Notes under the pieces: model-generated
Database searches by the model: none
What the model saw: only the letters and a program-made list of their open reading frames with translations
What the model was told of the DNA's origin: nothing
In this document: in pieces, positions 8,749 through 16,535 of the stretch
Numbering within the stretch: the first letter of the stretch is position 1
How the letters are laid out: each line of letters starts with the position of its first letter
Made by a program: the position numbers and the translations under genes
From: Myxococcota bacterium
GTDB taxonomy: Bacteria; Myxococcota_A; UBA9160; PR03
Length of the DNA stretch: 64,000 nucleotides
Reading direction: 5' to 3'
Assembly: GCA_041611735.1 (NCBI GenBank)
Contig: JBFIML010000010.1
Location: 13,027 to 77,026 of the forward strand

Positions 8749-10268
8749 CGACCGTTCGTGTGCCGCCCGAGGACGAGTACAACGCGACCCTGGTGGCCAA
8801 CGTCCACCCGCCCGACTGGCGCAACCCGGAGCCCGCGGGCCGCTACAACCTGGTGGTGCTGGGCGCCGGCACCGCTGGCCTCGTGACGGCGGCCGTGTCC
8901 GCGAGCCTCGGAGCGAGGGTCGCGCTGGTTGAGCGCCATCTCCTGGGGGGCGACTGCCTGAACGTGGGCTGCGTCCCCTCCAAGGCCGTGATCCGCTCGG
9001 GACGACGCGTTGCCGAGGCGCGCGCGGCGGAGGAGCTGGGCCTCGCACCGCCCTCCGACGCGGAGCCGGACTTCGCCGCCGCCATGCGCCGCATGCGGCG
9101 CGTGCGGGCCCAGATCAGCCACGAGGACGCCGTCGCCCGCTACGCGCGCGAGTTCGGCGTGGACGTCTACCTGGGCGAGGGCCGCTTCGTGGGTCCGGAC
9201 GTGGTCCAGGTGGACGGCTGCAAGCTGCGCTTCGCCCGGGCCGTGATCGCCACCGGCGGCCGCCCCGTGGCGCCACCCATCGAAGGGCTCGAGCAGGCGG
9301 GCTACCTGACCAACGAGACGCTCTTCGAGCTCACCGAGCGGCCGCGGCGCCTGGCGGTGATCGGGGGCGGCCCCATCGGCTGCGAGATGGCCCAGGCCTT
9401 CCGGCGCCTGGGGAGCGAGGTGGTGCTCTTCGAGCAGACCGGACACATCCTCGTGCGCGAGGATCCGGACGCGGCCGCCATCGTGCAGCGGGCCTTCCTC
9501 CGCGAGGGGATCCAGCTCGTGCTGGAGAGCCGGGTGAACAAGGTCGAGCGCAAGGGCGACGAGAAGGTGGTCCACTTCGCCCGCAACGGGATGGCTGCCG
9601 AGGCGCTCCCCTTCGACGCGCTCCTGATCTCGGCCGGCCGGCGGCCCAACGTGGAGGACCTCGGCCTCGAGGCGGCGGGAGTGGCCTACGAGCCGCGCCG
9701 GGGAGTGCGCGTGGACGACCGCCTCCGCACCAGCAACCGGAACGTCTACGCCGCCGGTGACGTGTGCATGGACTGGAAGTTCACCCATGCTGCCGACGCG
9801 GCGGCGAAGATCGTGGTGCAGAATGCCCTCTTCTTCGGGCGCAAACGGCTGTCCAACCTGGTCATGCCCTGGTGCACCTACACGGAGCCGGAGATCGCCC
9901 ACGTGGGTCTCTACGCCCGCGACGCCGAGGCGCGCGGGATCGAGTACCAGAGCCTGCTGATCCCGCTCTCCCAGAACAACCGGGCGGTGGCCGACGGGGC
10001 CGAGGACGGTCTCGTGAAGCTGCACCTCAAGCGGGGTACCGACCGCATCCTCGGCGGCACCGTGGTCGCCGCGCACGCGGGCGAGATGATCAGTCAGGTG
10101 ACGCTCGCGATGGTGGGGAAGCTCGGTCTCTCCACGCTGCTGAACGTGATCTATCCCTACCCGACCCAGTCCGAGGCCATCAAGCGGGCGGCGGGCGAGC
10201 ACGCGCGCTCGCGCCTCACGCCCGGCGTGAAGCGCCTGCTCGGCGCCTGGATGCGCTGGCGGCGCTAG
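8745..10268 (+). CDS. FAD-dependent pyridine nucleotide-disulfide oxidoreductase (mercuric reductase / dihydrolipoamide dehydrogenase-like)
   Basis: FAD fold GAGTAGLVTAAVSASLGARVALVE, redox-active GGDCLNVGCVPSK, second Rossmann fold VIGGGPIGCEMAQAF, and a C-terminal dimerisation domain. No N-terminal HMA metal-binding domain. Confidence 0.9.
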   Translation: MTTVRVPPEDEYNATLVANVHPPDWRNPEPAGRYNLVVLGAGTAGLVTAAVSASLGARVALVERHLLGGDCLNVGCVPSKAVIRSGRRVAEARAAEELGLAPPSDAEPDFAAAMRRMRRVRAQISHEDAVARYAREFGVDVYLGEGRFVGPDVVQVDGCKLRFARAVIATGGRPVAPPIEGLEQAGYLTNETLFELTERPRRLAVIGGGPIGCEMAQAFRRLGSEVVLFEQTGHILVREDPDAAAIVQRAFLREGIQLVLESRVNKVERKGDEKVVHFARNGMAAEALPFDALLISAGRRPNVEDLGLEAAGVAYEPRRGVRVDDRLRTSNRNVYAAGDVCMDWKFTHAADAAAKIVVQNALFFGRKRLSNLVMPWCTYTEPEIAHVGLYARDAEARGIEYQSLLIPLSQNNRAVADGAEDGLVKLHLKRGTDRILGGTVVAAHAGEMISQVTLAMVGKLGLSTLLNVIYPYPTQSEAIKRAAGEHARSRLTPGVKRLLGAWMRWRR

Positions 10269-10269
10269 C

Positions 10270-10303
10270 CGAGCTTGCGATGGCCGGCCCGGGCCGGGCT
10301 CGG
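10270..10303. terminator. compound GC hairpin after the oxidoreductase gene
   Basis: Outer stem CCGAGC/GCTCGG encloses the 14-nt perfect palindrome CCGGCCCGGGCCGG (10284-10297). No U-tract. Confidence 0.3.
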
Positions 10304-10354
10304 TAGGATGCCTTCGGGCGCACGCGCGCCTGGCAACCTGAGGAGGACCCCCCC

Positions 10355-10606
10355 ATGGGCATCCTGAGCTGGATCCTGCTCGGACTCGTCGTGGGTGCGC
10401 TGGCCAAGCTCATCATGCCCGGCAACGATCCGGGCGGGATCGTCGTCACCATCGCCATCGGGATCGCGGGCGCCCTGCTCGGCGGCTACCTGGGCGCCAC
10501 GATCGGGATCGGAACCGTGACCGGCTTCGACCTGCGCAGCGTGTTCATCGCCGTGGGCGGCGCGCTCGTCCTGCTGATCGGCTACCGGCAGATCCGACGC
10601 GGCTGA
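10355..10606 (+). CDS. GlsB/YeaQ/YmgE-family stress-response membrane protein
   Basis: 83 aa. MGILSWILLGLVVGALAKLIMPG... with Gly-rich helices typical of the transglycosylase-associated family. SD GAGGAGG upstream. Confidence 0.9.
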   Translation: MGILSWILLGLVVGALAKLIMPGNDPGGIVVTIAIGIAGALLGGYLGATIGIGTVTGFDLRSVFIAVGGALVLLIGYRQIRRG

Positions 10607-10622
10607 GCCGCGTCCGGGGCCC

Positions 10623-11000
10623 TCACCCTGCGCAGCACGGACAGAGCTGGCGCAGACGGCGGAAGGGGTAGATCCCGGTGCTGTGGCCATCGCTCCAGTC
10701 GATCTGGATCGCGTAGCGTCCCACCGGCCGGATCGCGAGCGGGTGCACGTCCTCGGGCACCGCGGACGGGTCGAGGCGCTCCGCGCCCGTCCACTCGTCC
10801 ACGCACTGGGCGCAGGCACAGGCCAGGCGCAGCTCGCGCACGCAGTAGATGCTCTCGTGACCGTCCGCCCAGCCGACCGCGAGCTCCCGCGGCCCCTGCT
10901 GGCGCATCCGGATCGGTGTGACGGCGTCCTCGTCCACGGGCTCCGGCGCAGCGTAGCCCGACGCTCCGGGGAGTTCGCTACGCTCCTCCGGGCAGCCCAT
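10623..11000 (-). CDS. DUF971 domain-containing protein
   Basis: Motifs LAVGWADGHESIY...CACAQCVDEWTG...IQIDWSDGHSTGIYPF are typical of DUF971. Start is either ATG 11000 or an internal ATG at 10907. The upstream part of the 331-aa track ORF is a shadow frame. Confidence 0.75.
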   Translation of the reverse strand: MGCPEERSELPGASGYAAPEPVDEDAVTPIRMRQQGPRELAVGWADGHESIYCVRELRLACACAQCVDEWTGAERLDPSAVPEDVHPLAIRPVGRYAIQIDWSDGHSTGIYPFRRLRQLCPCCAG

Positions 11001-11679
11001 GAAGGCGAACGCGATCGCAATCCTCGGCGGCACGGGCGACCAGGGGCTCGGCCTCGCCCTGCGCTTCGCCCAGGCGGGCCGGCCGGTGGTGATCGGCTCG
11101 CGCCGGGAGGAGCGGGCCCAGGCCGCTGCCCGGGAGGTACGCGAGGCCGTGGCCGGAGCCCACGTGGAGGGACTCCTGAACGCGGACGCGGCCGGGAAGG
11201 CGCGCCTCGTCATCCTCTCGCTGCCCTTCGAGCATACGGCGGCCACCGTCAAGGACTTGCGGGAAGTCCTGGCAGCCGGGCAGATCCTGGTCTCCATGGG
11301 GGTGCCCCTGGCCACGGCGATCGGGGACGGGGCGGTGCGCACCCTGGGCGTGTGGCAGGGATCCTGCGCGGAGCTCATCGCGAGCCTCGCGCCCCCGGGC
11401 GTGCATGTGGTGTCGGCCTTCCAGAACGTGTCGGCCCACCGGCTGCGGGACCTCGCGCACCCCGTGGAGTGCGACGTCCTGGTCTCGGGCGCGCCCGAGC
11501 CGCGCCGGGCCGTCATGGCCCTCTGCGAGCTGGTGCCGGGCCTGCGGGCCGTGAATGGCGGCTCCCTGGCCAATGCCCGCATCGTGGAGGCGCTGACGGC
11601 GCTCCTGATCGGCCTCAACGCCCGCTACAAGGTTCCCGAGGGCGCGGGCATCCGCTTCACCGGCCTGCCGCTGGCTTGA
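10999..11679 (+). CDS. npdG: NADPH-dependent F420 reductase-like NADP oxidoreductase
   Basis: Starts MKANAIAILGGTGDQGLGLALRFAQAGRPVVIGSR. Length and overall pattern resemble the NpdG/Fno family. The actual cofactor is not determinable from sequence. Confidence 0.8.
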   Translation: MKANAIAILGGTGDQGLGLALRFAQAGRPVVIGSRREERAQAAAREVREAVAGAHVEGLLNADAAGKARLVILSLPFEHTAATVKDLREVLAAGQILVSMGVPLATAIGDGAVRTLGVWQGSCAELIASLAPPGVHVVSAFQNVSAHRLRDLAHPVECDVLVSGAPEPRRAVMALCELVPGLRAVNGGSLANARIVEALTALLIGLNARYKVPEGAGIRFTGLPLA

Positions 11680-11688
11680 CGCACCGCG

Positions 11689-11705
11689 TTTACGCGATGC
11701 GTAAA
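11689..11705. promoter_or_regulatory. perfect 7-3-7 palindrome TTTACGC-GAT-GCGTAAA
   Basis: Read directly. It is AT-rich relative to its surroundings and starts 10 nt after the npdG-like stop. Confidence 0.4.
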
Positions 11706-11852
11706 ACCGCCTGGCACGGGCACTTGCGCGGGCCCCTCCGGGTCGGCTTGCGGCCGGCGGATTGCCTGGGGCGTCCTCCCCCCGTCGGGTGCTGGAGATA
11801 CGAGGCCTTGTAGCTGTCCTTGCCGACCAGCCCAACATTTTGAGTTTTTAGG

Positions 11853-11881
11853 TTGACGGCAATCCGGGCCCGGCGTTATCT
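11853..11881 (+). promoter_or_regulatory. sigma70-type promoter candidate for nrdJ (TTGACG-N17-TTATCT)
   Basis: -35 at 11853-11858 and -10 at 11876-11881. Preceded by an AT-rich tract (AACATTTTGAGTTTTTAGG). This would give a roughly 235-nt leader. Confidence 0.45.
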
Positions 11882-12123
11882 CGTGCATCACGGGGATGTG
11901 AACGGCCCTCCGGCGGCTTGGGGGGGTTCCAAGGCGGTCGCCGGGAGGTTGCGGGCTTGAGTCGGGAAGGAGGACCCGCTCCGGCTCGGGAGGCCCTGGG
12001 GCGTACCTGGGGCCTCCCTTCCCTCCCCAATACGACGCTGCTGCCCTCCACGCCCGGGTCTGCTCTCCCCCGACATTCTCGAATCGCTGCCGCGAGCCAA
12101 CATCCAAGCCATCGGGAGGCACA

Positions 12124-14910
12124 GTGAGCGAGCTGGAAGGAACGTCGACCAGGGGCCAGCAGGATCGCCGTGCGCCGCGGCTGCGCGCCGTGGGCGAGAG
12201 CCGCAAGGGACGCGCGCCCCTGGGTGTCGAGATCCCCCGTCACTTCACTCGGGCCGGGCAAGACCCCTTCGCGTGCGTCGAGTGGGAGCGGCGCACCGCA
12301 CGCATCGCCAACGAGCGCGGTGAGGTGGTCTTCGAGCAGACCGACGTGGAGGTGCCGAAGGGCTGGTCGCAGCTGGCCACGAACGTCGTCGTGTCCAAGT
12401 ACTTCCGCGGACACGTGGGAACGCCGGAACGCGAGCACAGCGTGAAGCAGCTGGTGGGACGCGTGGTGCGCACACTGCACGAGTGGGGTGTCCGCTCCGG
12501 CTATTTCCGCAGCGCCGCGGACGGCGAGGCTTTCCGGGACGAGCTCGTCTACGTCCTGCTCCAGCAGATGGCGTGCTTCAACAGCCCGGTCTGGTTCAAC
12601 CTGGGCGTACCGGACACGCCCCAGCAGGCGAGCGCGTGCTTCATCAACTCGGTGGAAGACACCATGGACTCGATCATGGAGCTGGCGAAGACCGAGGCCC
12701 TGCTCTTCAAGGGCGGGTCGGGAACGGGCTCCAACCTGTCGAGGATCCGCTCCTCGCGCGAGAACCTGTCGGGCGGCGGCGTGGCCTCGGGCCCCGTGTC
12801 CTTCATGCGCGGCTTCGATGCCTTCGCCGGCGTGATCAAGTCGGGCGGAAAGACCCGGCGCGCGGCGAAGATGGTGATCCTGAACGTCGAGCATCCGGAC
12901 ATTCTCGATTTCGTCCGCAGCAAGGCCGAGGAGGAGCGCAAGGCGGCCTCCCTGATCGACGCCGGCTACGACGGCGGCTTCAACGTGCCGGGCGGAGCCT
13001 ACGACTCGATCTTCTTCCAGAACGCCAATCACTCGGTGCGCGTGACCGACTCGTTCATGCGGGCCGCTTTGGAGGACCGCTCCTGGGAGACGCGCGCCGT
13101 GACCACCGGCGCCGTGGTGGACACCCATCGCGCCCGCGAGCTGCTGCGCGAGATGGCCGACGCCGCCCACGGCTGCGGCGATCCGGGCATCCAGTACGAC
13201 ACCACCATCAACCGCTGGAATCCCTGCAAGGCGTCCGGGCGCATCAACGCGAGCAATCCGTGCTCCGAGTACATGTTCCTGGACGACACGGCCTGCAACC
13301 TGGCCAGCCTGAACCTGATGAAGTTCGTGGACGAGCAGGGACGCTTCGACGTGGAGGGATTCCGGCGCACCGTGGCCGTGGTCTTCCTCGCCCAGGAGAT
13401 CATCGTCGACCACGCCGCCTACCCGACACCCCGCATCGCCCGCAACAGCCATCTGTTCCGGCCCATCGGGCTCGGCTACGCCAACCTGGGGGCGCTGCTG
13501 ATGGCCTTGGGGCTGCCCTACGACAGCGCCGAAGGCCGCAATCTGTCGGCCTGCGTGACGGCGCTCATGTGCGGCCAGGCGTACCTGACCAGTGCGGAGA
13601 TCGCCCGGGCCATGGGGCCCTTCCCGCGCTACCGCATGAACCGCAAGCCCTTCCTCGAGGTGGTGGGCATGCACAAGGCGGCGGCGGAGGCGGTCCCCGC
13701 CGCCGGGGTGCCCCAGGCCCTGAGACAGGCCGCTTGCGAGGTGTGGGCGTCGGCGCTCGAGACGGGTCGCCGCTTCGGCTTCAAGAACGCGCAGGCCACC
13801 GTGCTGGCGCCCACCGGCACCATCGCCTTCATGATGGACTGCGACACCACCGGCGTGGAGCCGGACATCGCCCTCGTCAAGTACAAGAAGCTGGTCGGGG
13901 GCGGTCTGCTGAAGATCGTGAACCGCACCGTACCCATGGCCCTGCGCCGGCTCGGCTACGCGGAGGCGCAGGTCGAGGAGATCGTCCGCTACGTGGACGA
14001 GTATGAGACCATCGAAGGGGCTCCCCATCTGGAGGAGGAGCACCTGGCCGTCTTCGACTGCGCCTTCCGCCCGGCAAAGGGCGAGCGCTCGATCCACTGG
14101 ATGGGCCACCTGCGGATGATGGGGGCCGTGCAGCCGTTCCTGTCCGGGGCGATCAGCAAGACGGTCAACCTGCCCGAGGACGCGTCGGTCGAGGACGTCA
14201 TGACCGCCTACGTGGAGGGCGCCAGGCTCGGCCTGAAGGCCCTGGCCGTCTACCGGGACGGGTGCAAGCTGTCGCAGCCGCTGAACACGGGCAAGGAGAA
14301 GCGGCCGGCCCTGCTCGAGGAGGTGCGGCCGGTGCGGCGCAAGCTGCCGGACGAGCGCCGCGCCCTCACCCACAAGTTCTCCATCGCGGGCCACGAAGGC
14401 TACCTGACGGTGGGCCAGTACGAGGACGGGAGCCCCGGCGAGATCTTCCTGCGCATGGCCAAGGAGGGGAGCACGGTCTCCGGACTGATGGACACGATCG
14501 CGACCATGACTTCGATCGCGCTCCAGTACGGGGTGCCGCTCAAGGCGCTGACCGACAAGTTCAGCCACACGCGCTTCGAGCCGGCGGGCTTCACCAACAA
14601 CCGGGAGATCCCCTTCGCCAAGTCGGTGACGGACTACGTGTTCCGCTACCTGGCGAGCCGTTTCCTGACCGAGGAGACCCCGGTGCCCGACGAGCAGGAG
14701 ACCCAGGCCGAGACGGCGGGACTCTTGCCGGCGCGGGAGCACGCACCGCGCCCGGCCGTGGCCGGCGGGTCCGGTGCCGATGCGCGCACGGGCTACGGCT
14801 TCGTGAACCAGGCCGACGCGCCGTCGTGCAGCGATTGCGGCGCGATCATGGTGCGCAACGGTGCCTGCTACAAGTGCCCGAACTGCGGCGGCACGAGCGG
14901 CTGCAGCTAA
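12124..14910 (+). CDS. nrdJ: class II (adenosylcobalamin-dependent) ribonucleotide reductase
   Basis: GTG start 6 nt after GGGAGG. Motifs ACFINSVEDTMDSI, KGGSGTGSNLSRIR and active-site SNPCSEYMFLDDTACNLASLNL. C-terminal Cys cluster CSDCGAIMVRNGACYKCPNCG. Confidence 0.95.
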   Translation: MSELEGTSTRGQQDRRAPRLRAVGESRKGRAPLGVEIPRHFTRAGQDPFACVEWERRTARIANERGEVVFEQTDVEVPKGWSQLATNVVVSKYFRGHVGTPEREHSVKQLVGRVVRTLHEWGVRSGYFRSAADGEAFRDELVYVLLQQMACFNSPVWFNLGVPDTPQQASACFINSVEDTMDSIMELAKTEALLFKGGSGTGSNLSRIRSSRENLSGGGVASGPVSFMRGFDAFAGVIKSGGKTRRAAKMVILNVEHPDILDFVRSKAEEERKAASLIDAGYDGGFNVPGGAYDSIFFQNANHSVRVTDSFMRAALEDRSWETRAVTTGAVVDTHRARELLREMADAAHGCGDPGIQYDTTINRWNPCKASGRINASNPCSEYMFLDDTACNLASLNLMKFVDEQGRFDVEGFRRTVAVVFLAQEIIVDHAAYPTPRIARNSHLFRPIGLGYANLGALLMALGLPYDSAEGRNLSACVTALMCGQAYLTSAEIARAMGPFPRYRMNRKPFLEVVGMHKAAAEAVPAAGVPQALRQAACEVWASALETGRRFGFKNAQATVLAPTGTIAFMMDCDTTGVEPDIALVKYKKLVGGGLLKIVNRTVPMALRRLGYAEAQVEEIVRYVDEYETIEGAPHLEEEHLAVFDCAFRPAKGERSIHWMGHLRMMGAVQPFLSGAISKTVNLPEDASVEDVMTAYVEGARLGLKALAVYRDGCKLSQPLNTGKEKRPALLEEVRPVRRKLPDERRALTHKFSIAGHEGYLTVGQYEDGSPGEIFLRMAKEGSTVSGLMDTIATMTSIALQYGVPLKALTDKFSHTRFEPAGFTNNREIPFAKSVTDYVFRYLASRFLTEETPVPDEQETQAETAGLLPAREHAPRPAVAGGSGADARTGYGFVNQADAPSCSDCGAIMVRNGACYKCPNCGGTSGCS

Positions 14911-14965
14911 GCGGGCGCCGGGAGACTTCTAGGCGGCGTCTTGCAGGGGGGGTAAGGCGCCGCTG

Positions 14966-15023
14966 GAGCGCGGAGATTCCCCGTCCTCAGCCCACCGGGC
15001 TCTGGATGGGGGTCTCCGCGCTC
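14966..15023. terminator. 11-bp perfect inverted repeat GAGCGCGGAGA ... TCTCCGCGCTC between convergent genes
   Basis: Arms at 14966-14976 and 15013-15023 with a 36-nt spacer, followed by CTCTTCGTCT. The large loop makes a terminator role uncertain. Confidence 0.3.
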
Positions 15024-15074
15024 TTCGTCTGGGCCGGGCTCGCCTCGTGATGGTCCAGGGACCGGGGTACGGGC

Positions 15075-15476
15075 TCAGTAGACCCAGCGCCCGCCTTGAT
15101 AACGGAAGATCTCGGTGACGGGGGTGACCGCCGATACCGCGCAGCCCTGGCCGCGGGCCTCCGCGCAGCGGTACTGGTGCTCCCGGTAGCGCAGGATCCC
15201 CACGTAGGGAGCGACGGCATGCCCGGTCGGCCGCAGCTCGATCTCGTAGTCCGTGCCGTAGTCCCGGTAGGAGACGGCGTTGAGGGCCCGCTGCTGCTTC
15301 TCCGCAGCGCGCAGCTTGATCATCCACTGCTGCGCGAAGCTCTCGAAGGAGCTGCGGGCCTTCGTGTTCTGGGAGGCGATCGCGGCGGGAGCCTCGGCTT
15401 GGGACGGGAGCGCGGGCAGGGCAAGGACGGCGATGACCAGGGACGCTGCCAGGAGGCGGGTGACGAGCAGGCGCAT
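15075..15476 (-). CDS. secreted hypothetical protein
   Basis: Signal peptide MRLLVTRLLAASLVIAVLALPALPSQA|EA. No recognisable family. Confidence 0.6.
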   Translation of the reverse strand: MRLLVTRLLAASLVIAVLALPALPSQAEAPAAIASQNTKARSSFESFAQQWMIKLRAAEKQQRALNAVSYRDYGTDYEIELRPTGHAVAPYVGILRYREHQYRCAEARGQGCAVSAVTPVTEIFRYQGGRWVY

Positions 15477-15587
15477 GGGCCCTCCATTCTACCCGAAGGT
15501 GGCCGTGCGAGGTCTCCTCGGTCAGCCGGCCCCTGGGCTGTAGGCCTCCCCCCACACCGCGGGATCGACTGGCTGGGGCCCACCGAT

Positions 15588-15603
15588 TGTGATTTCGATC
15601 ACA
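15588..15603. promoter_or_regulatory. CRP/FNR-type binding site candidate TGTGATTTCGATCACA
   Basis: Perfect match to TGTGA-N6-TCACA. Embedded in a symmetric 40-bp element, GGGCCCA-N5-site-N5-TGGGCCC (15576-15615), in a divergent intergenic region. Confidence 0.5.
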
Positions 15604-15707
15604 CGAGTTGGGCCCGGGGCCCTTGCCGGTGGCCGGCAGCCTGTCCTATCCCCCTCTTTCCGGGCCCCTGACGCCTGCCTCGAGTCCCCGCTGCCTCCCA
15701 AGGAGCC

Positions 15708-16532
15708 GTGGCCGATCCCCTCGCCCTGTGTTTCGTCCGCACCCTGGAGCCGGCCCTGCGCCAGGCGGCGGCGATCGCGCGGGCCCTCGAGGGCCGCGTC
15801 GCCAACCGCCCGAAGCAGGGCGAGCGGAGCCCCGCCAAGGCAGCCCTGACGCTGGCAGACACGGCGTCCCAGGAGGCGCTGCTCGTGCCGCTGCTCCAGG
15901 ACTTCGCGGCGGCCTGTCTGGAGGCGGAGGAGCGCACGCCGAGCGTGGACGCCTTCACGGGGGAGGCGACCGAGCAGCAGATCGTCGTGGACCCGATCGA
16001 CGGGACGCTGAGCTTCTACCTGCGGGGAGCCGGTCCGTACGCGGTGATGGCGGGTCTGGCACTGCGGGGCCGTTACGAGGCGGCGTTGGTGGCGCTGCCG
16101 CGCGAGCGCCTGTTTCTGGAGGCGGTGCGCGGCGCCGGCGCCCGGGTGGCGCGGGGCGGCGGGAGCTTCGAGCCCGCCAGCCTGCCCGGCAGCGGGCGCG
16201 AGGTGCTCGTCTCCGACAACCTGCCCGAGGCCGTGGCCGATCGGCTCCGGGGCGAGGGCTACGGGGTGCGCCCGGCGGCGGGCGGGGCGATCGCCGTGGC
16301 GCCCCTGCTTCCCGGCGTGTGTGCAGGCCTGCGCCTGGCGGGGGCCGCCGGCGCCATCAGCCGACGCGGTCGCATCGGAGTCCTGATCGCCAGCGAGGCC
16401 GGCGCGCTGGTGCGGGGGGCCGCCGGCGCCCCCTTCCCCGAGGCGATCGACGCGCCGGCCCCGGCGCTCCTGACGGCAGCCCGCCCCGAGGACCTGGACG
16501 CCCTGCAGCGCGCCCTCGACGCCCTCGCCTGA
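15708..16532 (+). CDS. inositol monophosphatase-family protein (divergent paralogue)
   Basis: VVDPIDGT metal-binding motif and IMPase-like length. GTG start. Confidence 0.75.
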   Translation: MADPLALCFVRTLEPALRQAAAIARALEGRVANRPKQGERSPAKAALTLADTASQEALLVPLLQDFAAACLEAEERTPSVDAFTGEATEQQIVVDPIDGTLSFYLRGAGPYAVMAGLALRGRYEAALVALPRERLFLEAVRGAGARVARGGGSFEPASLPGSGREVLVSDNLPEAVADRLRGEGYGVRPAAGGAIAVAPLLPGVCAGLRLAGAAGAISRRGRIGVLIASEAGALVRGAAGAPFPEAIDAPAPALLTAARPEDLDALQRALDALA

Positions 16533-16535
16533 GCC

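Noticed and set aside
11711-11727. Sigma54-type promoter TGGCACGGGCACTTGC.
   Set aside because: The GG and GC dinucleotides are separated by 11 nt rather than the required 10. The site is also about 400 nt from the next start codon.
11882-12123. Cobalamin riboswitch or NrdR boxes upstream of the B12-dependent nrdJ.
   Set aside because: I could find no B12-box-like core (for example the conserved GCCACUG-type element) and no pair of 16-bp AT-rich NrdR palindromes. An Rfam scan would be decisive, but by eye the hallmarks are absent.
11848-14742. Very long ORFs in the track: 964 aa antisense to nrdJ; 1170 aa at 32655..36167 antisense to mpa/dop; 1221 aa at 52388..56053; 1024 aa at 28838..31912; 929 aa at 28542..31331; and the N-terminal parts of 16536..19883, 6250..9048 and 47957..50914.
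   Set aside because: These are Arg/Pro/Gly/Ala-rich low-complexity translations with no family motifs. Each overlaps a well-supported gene in another frame or on the other strand. This is typical of shadow ORFs in very GC-rich DNA, where stop codons are rare.
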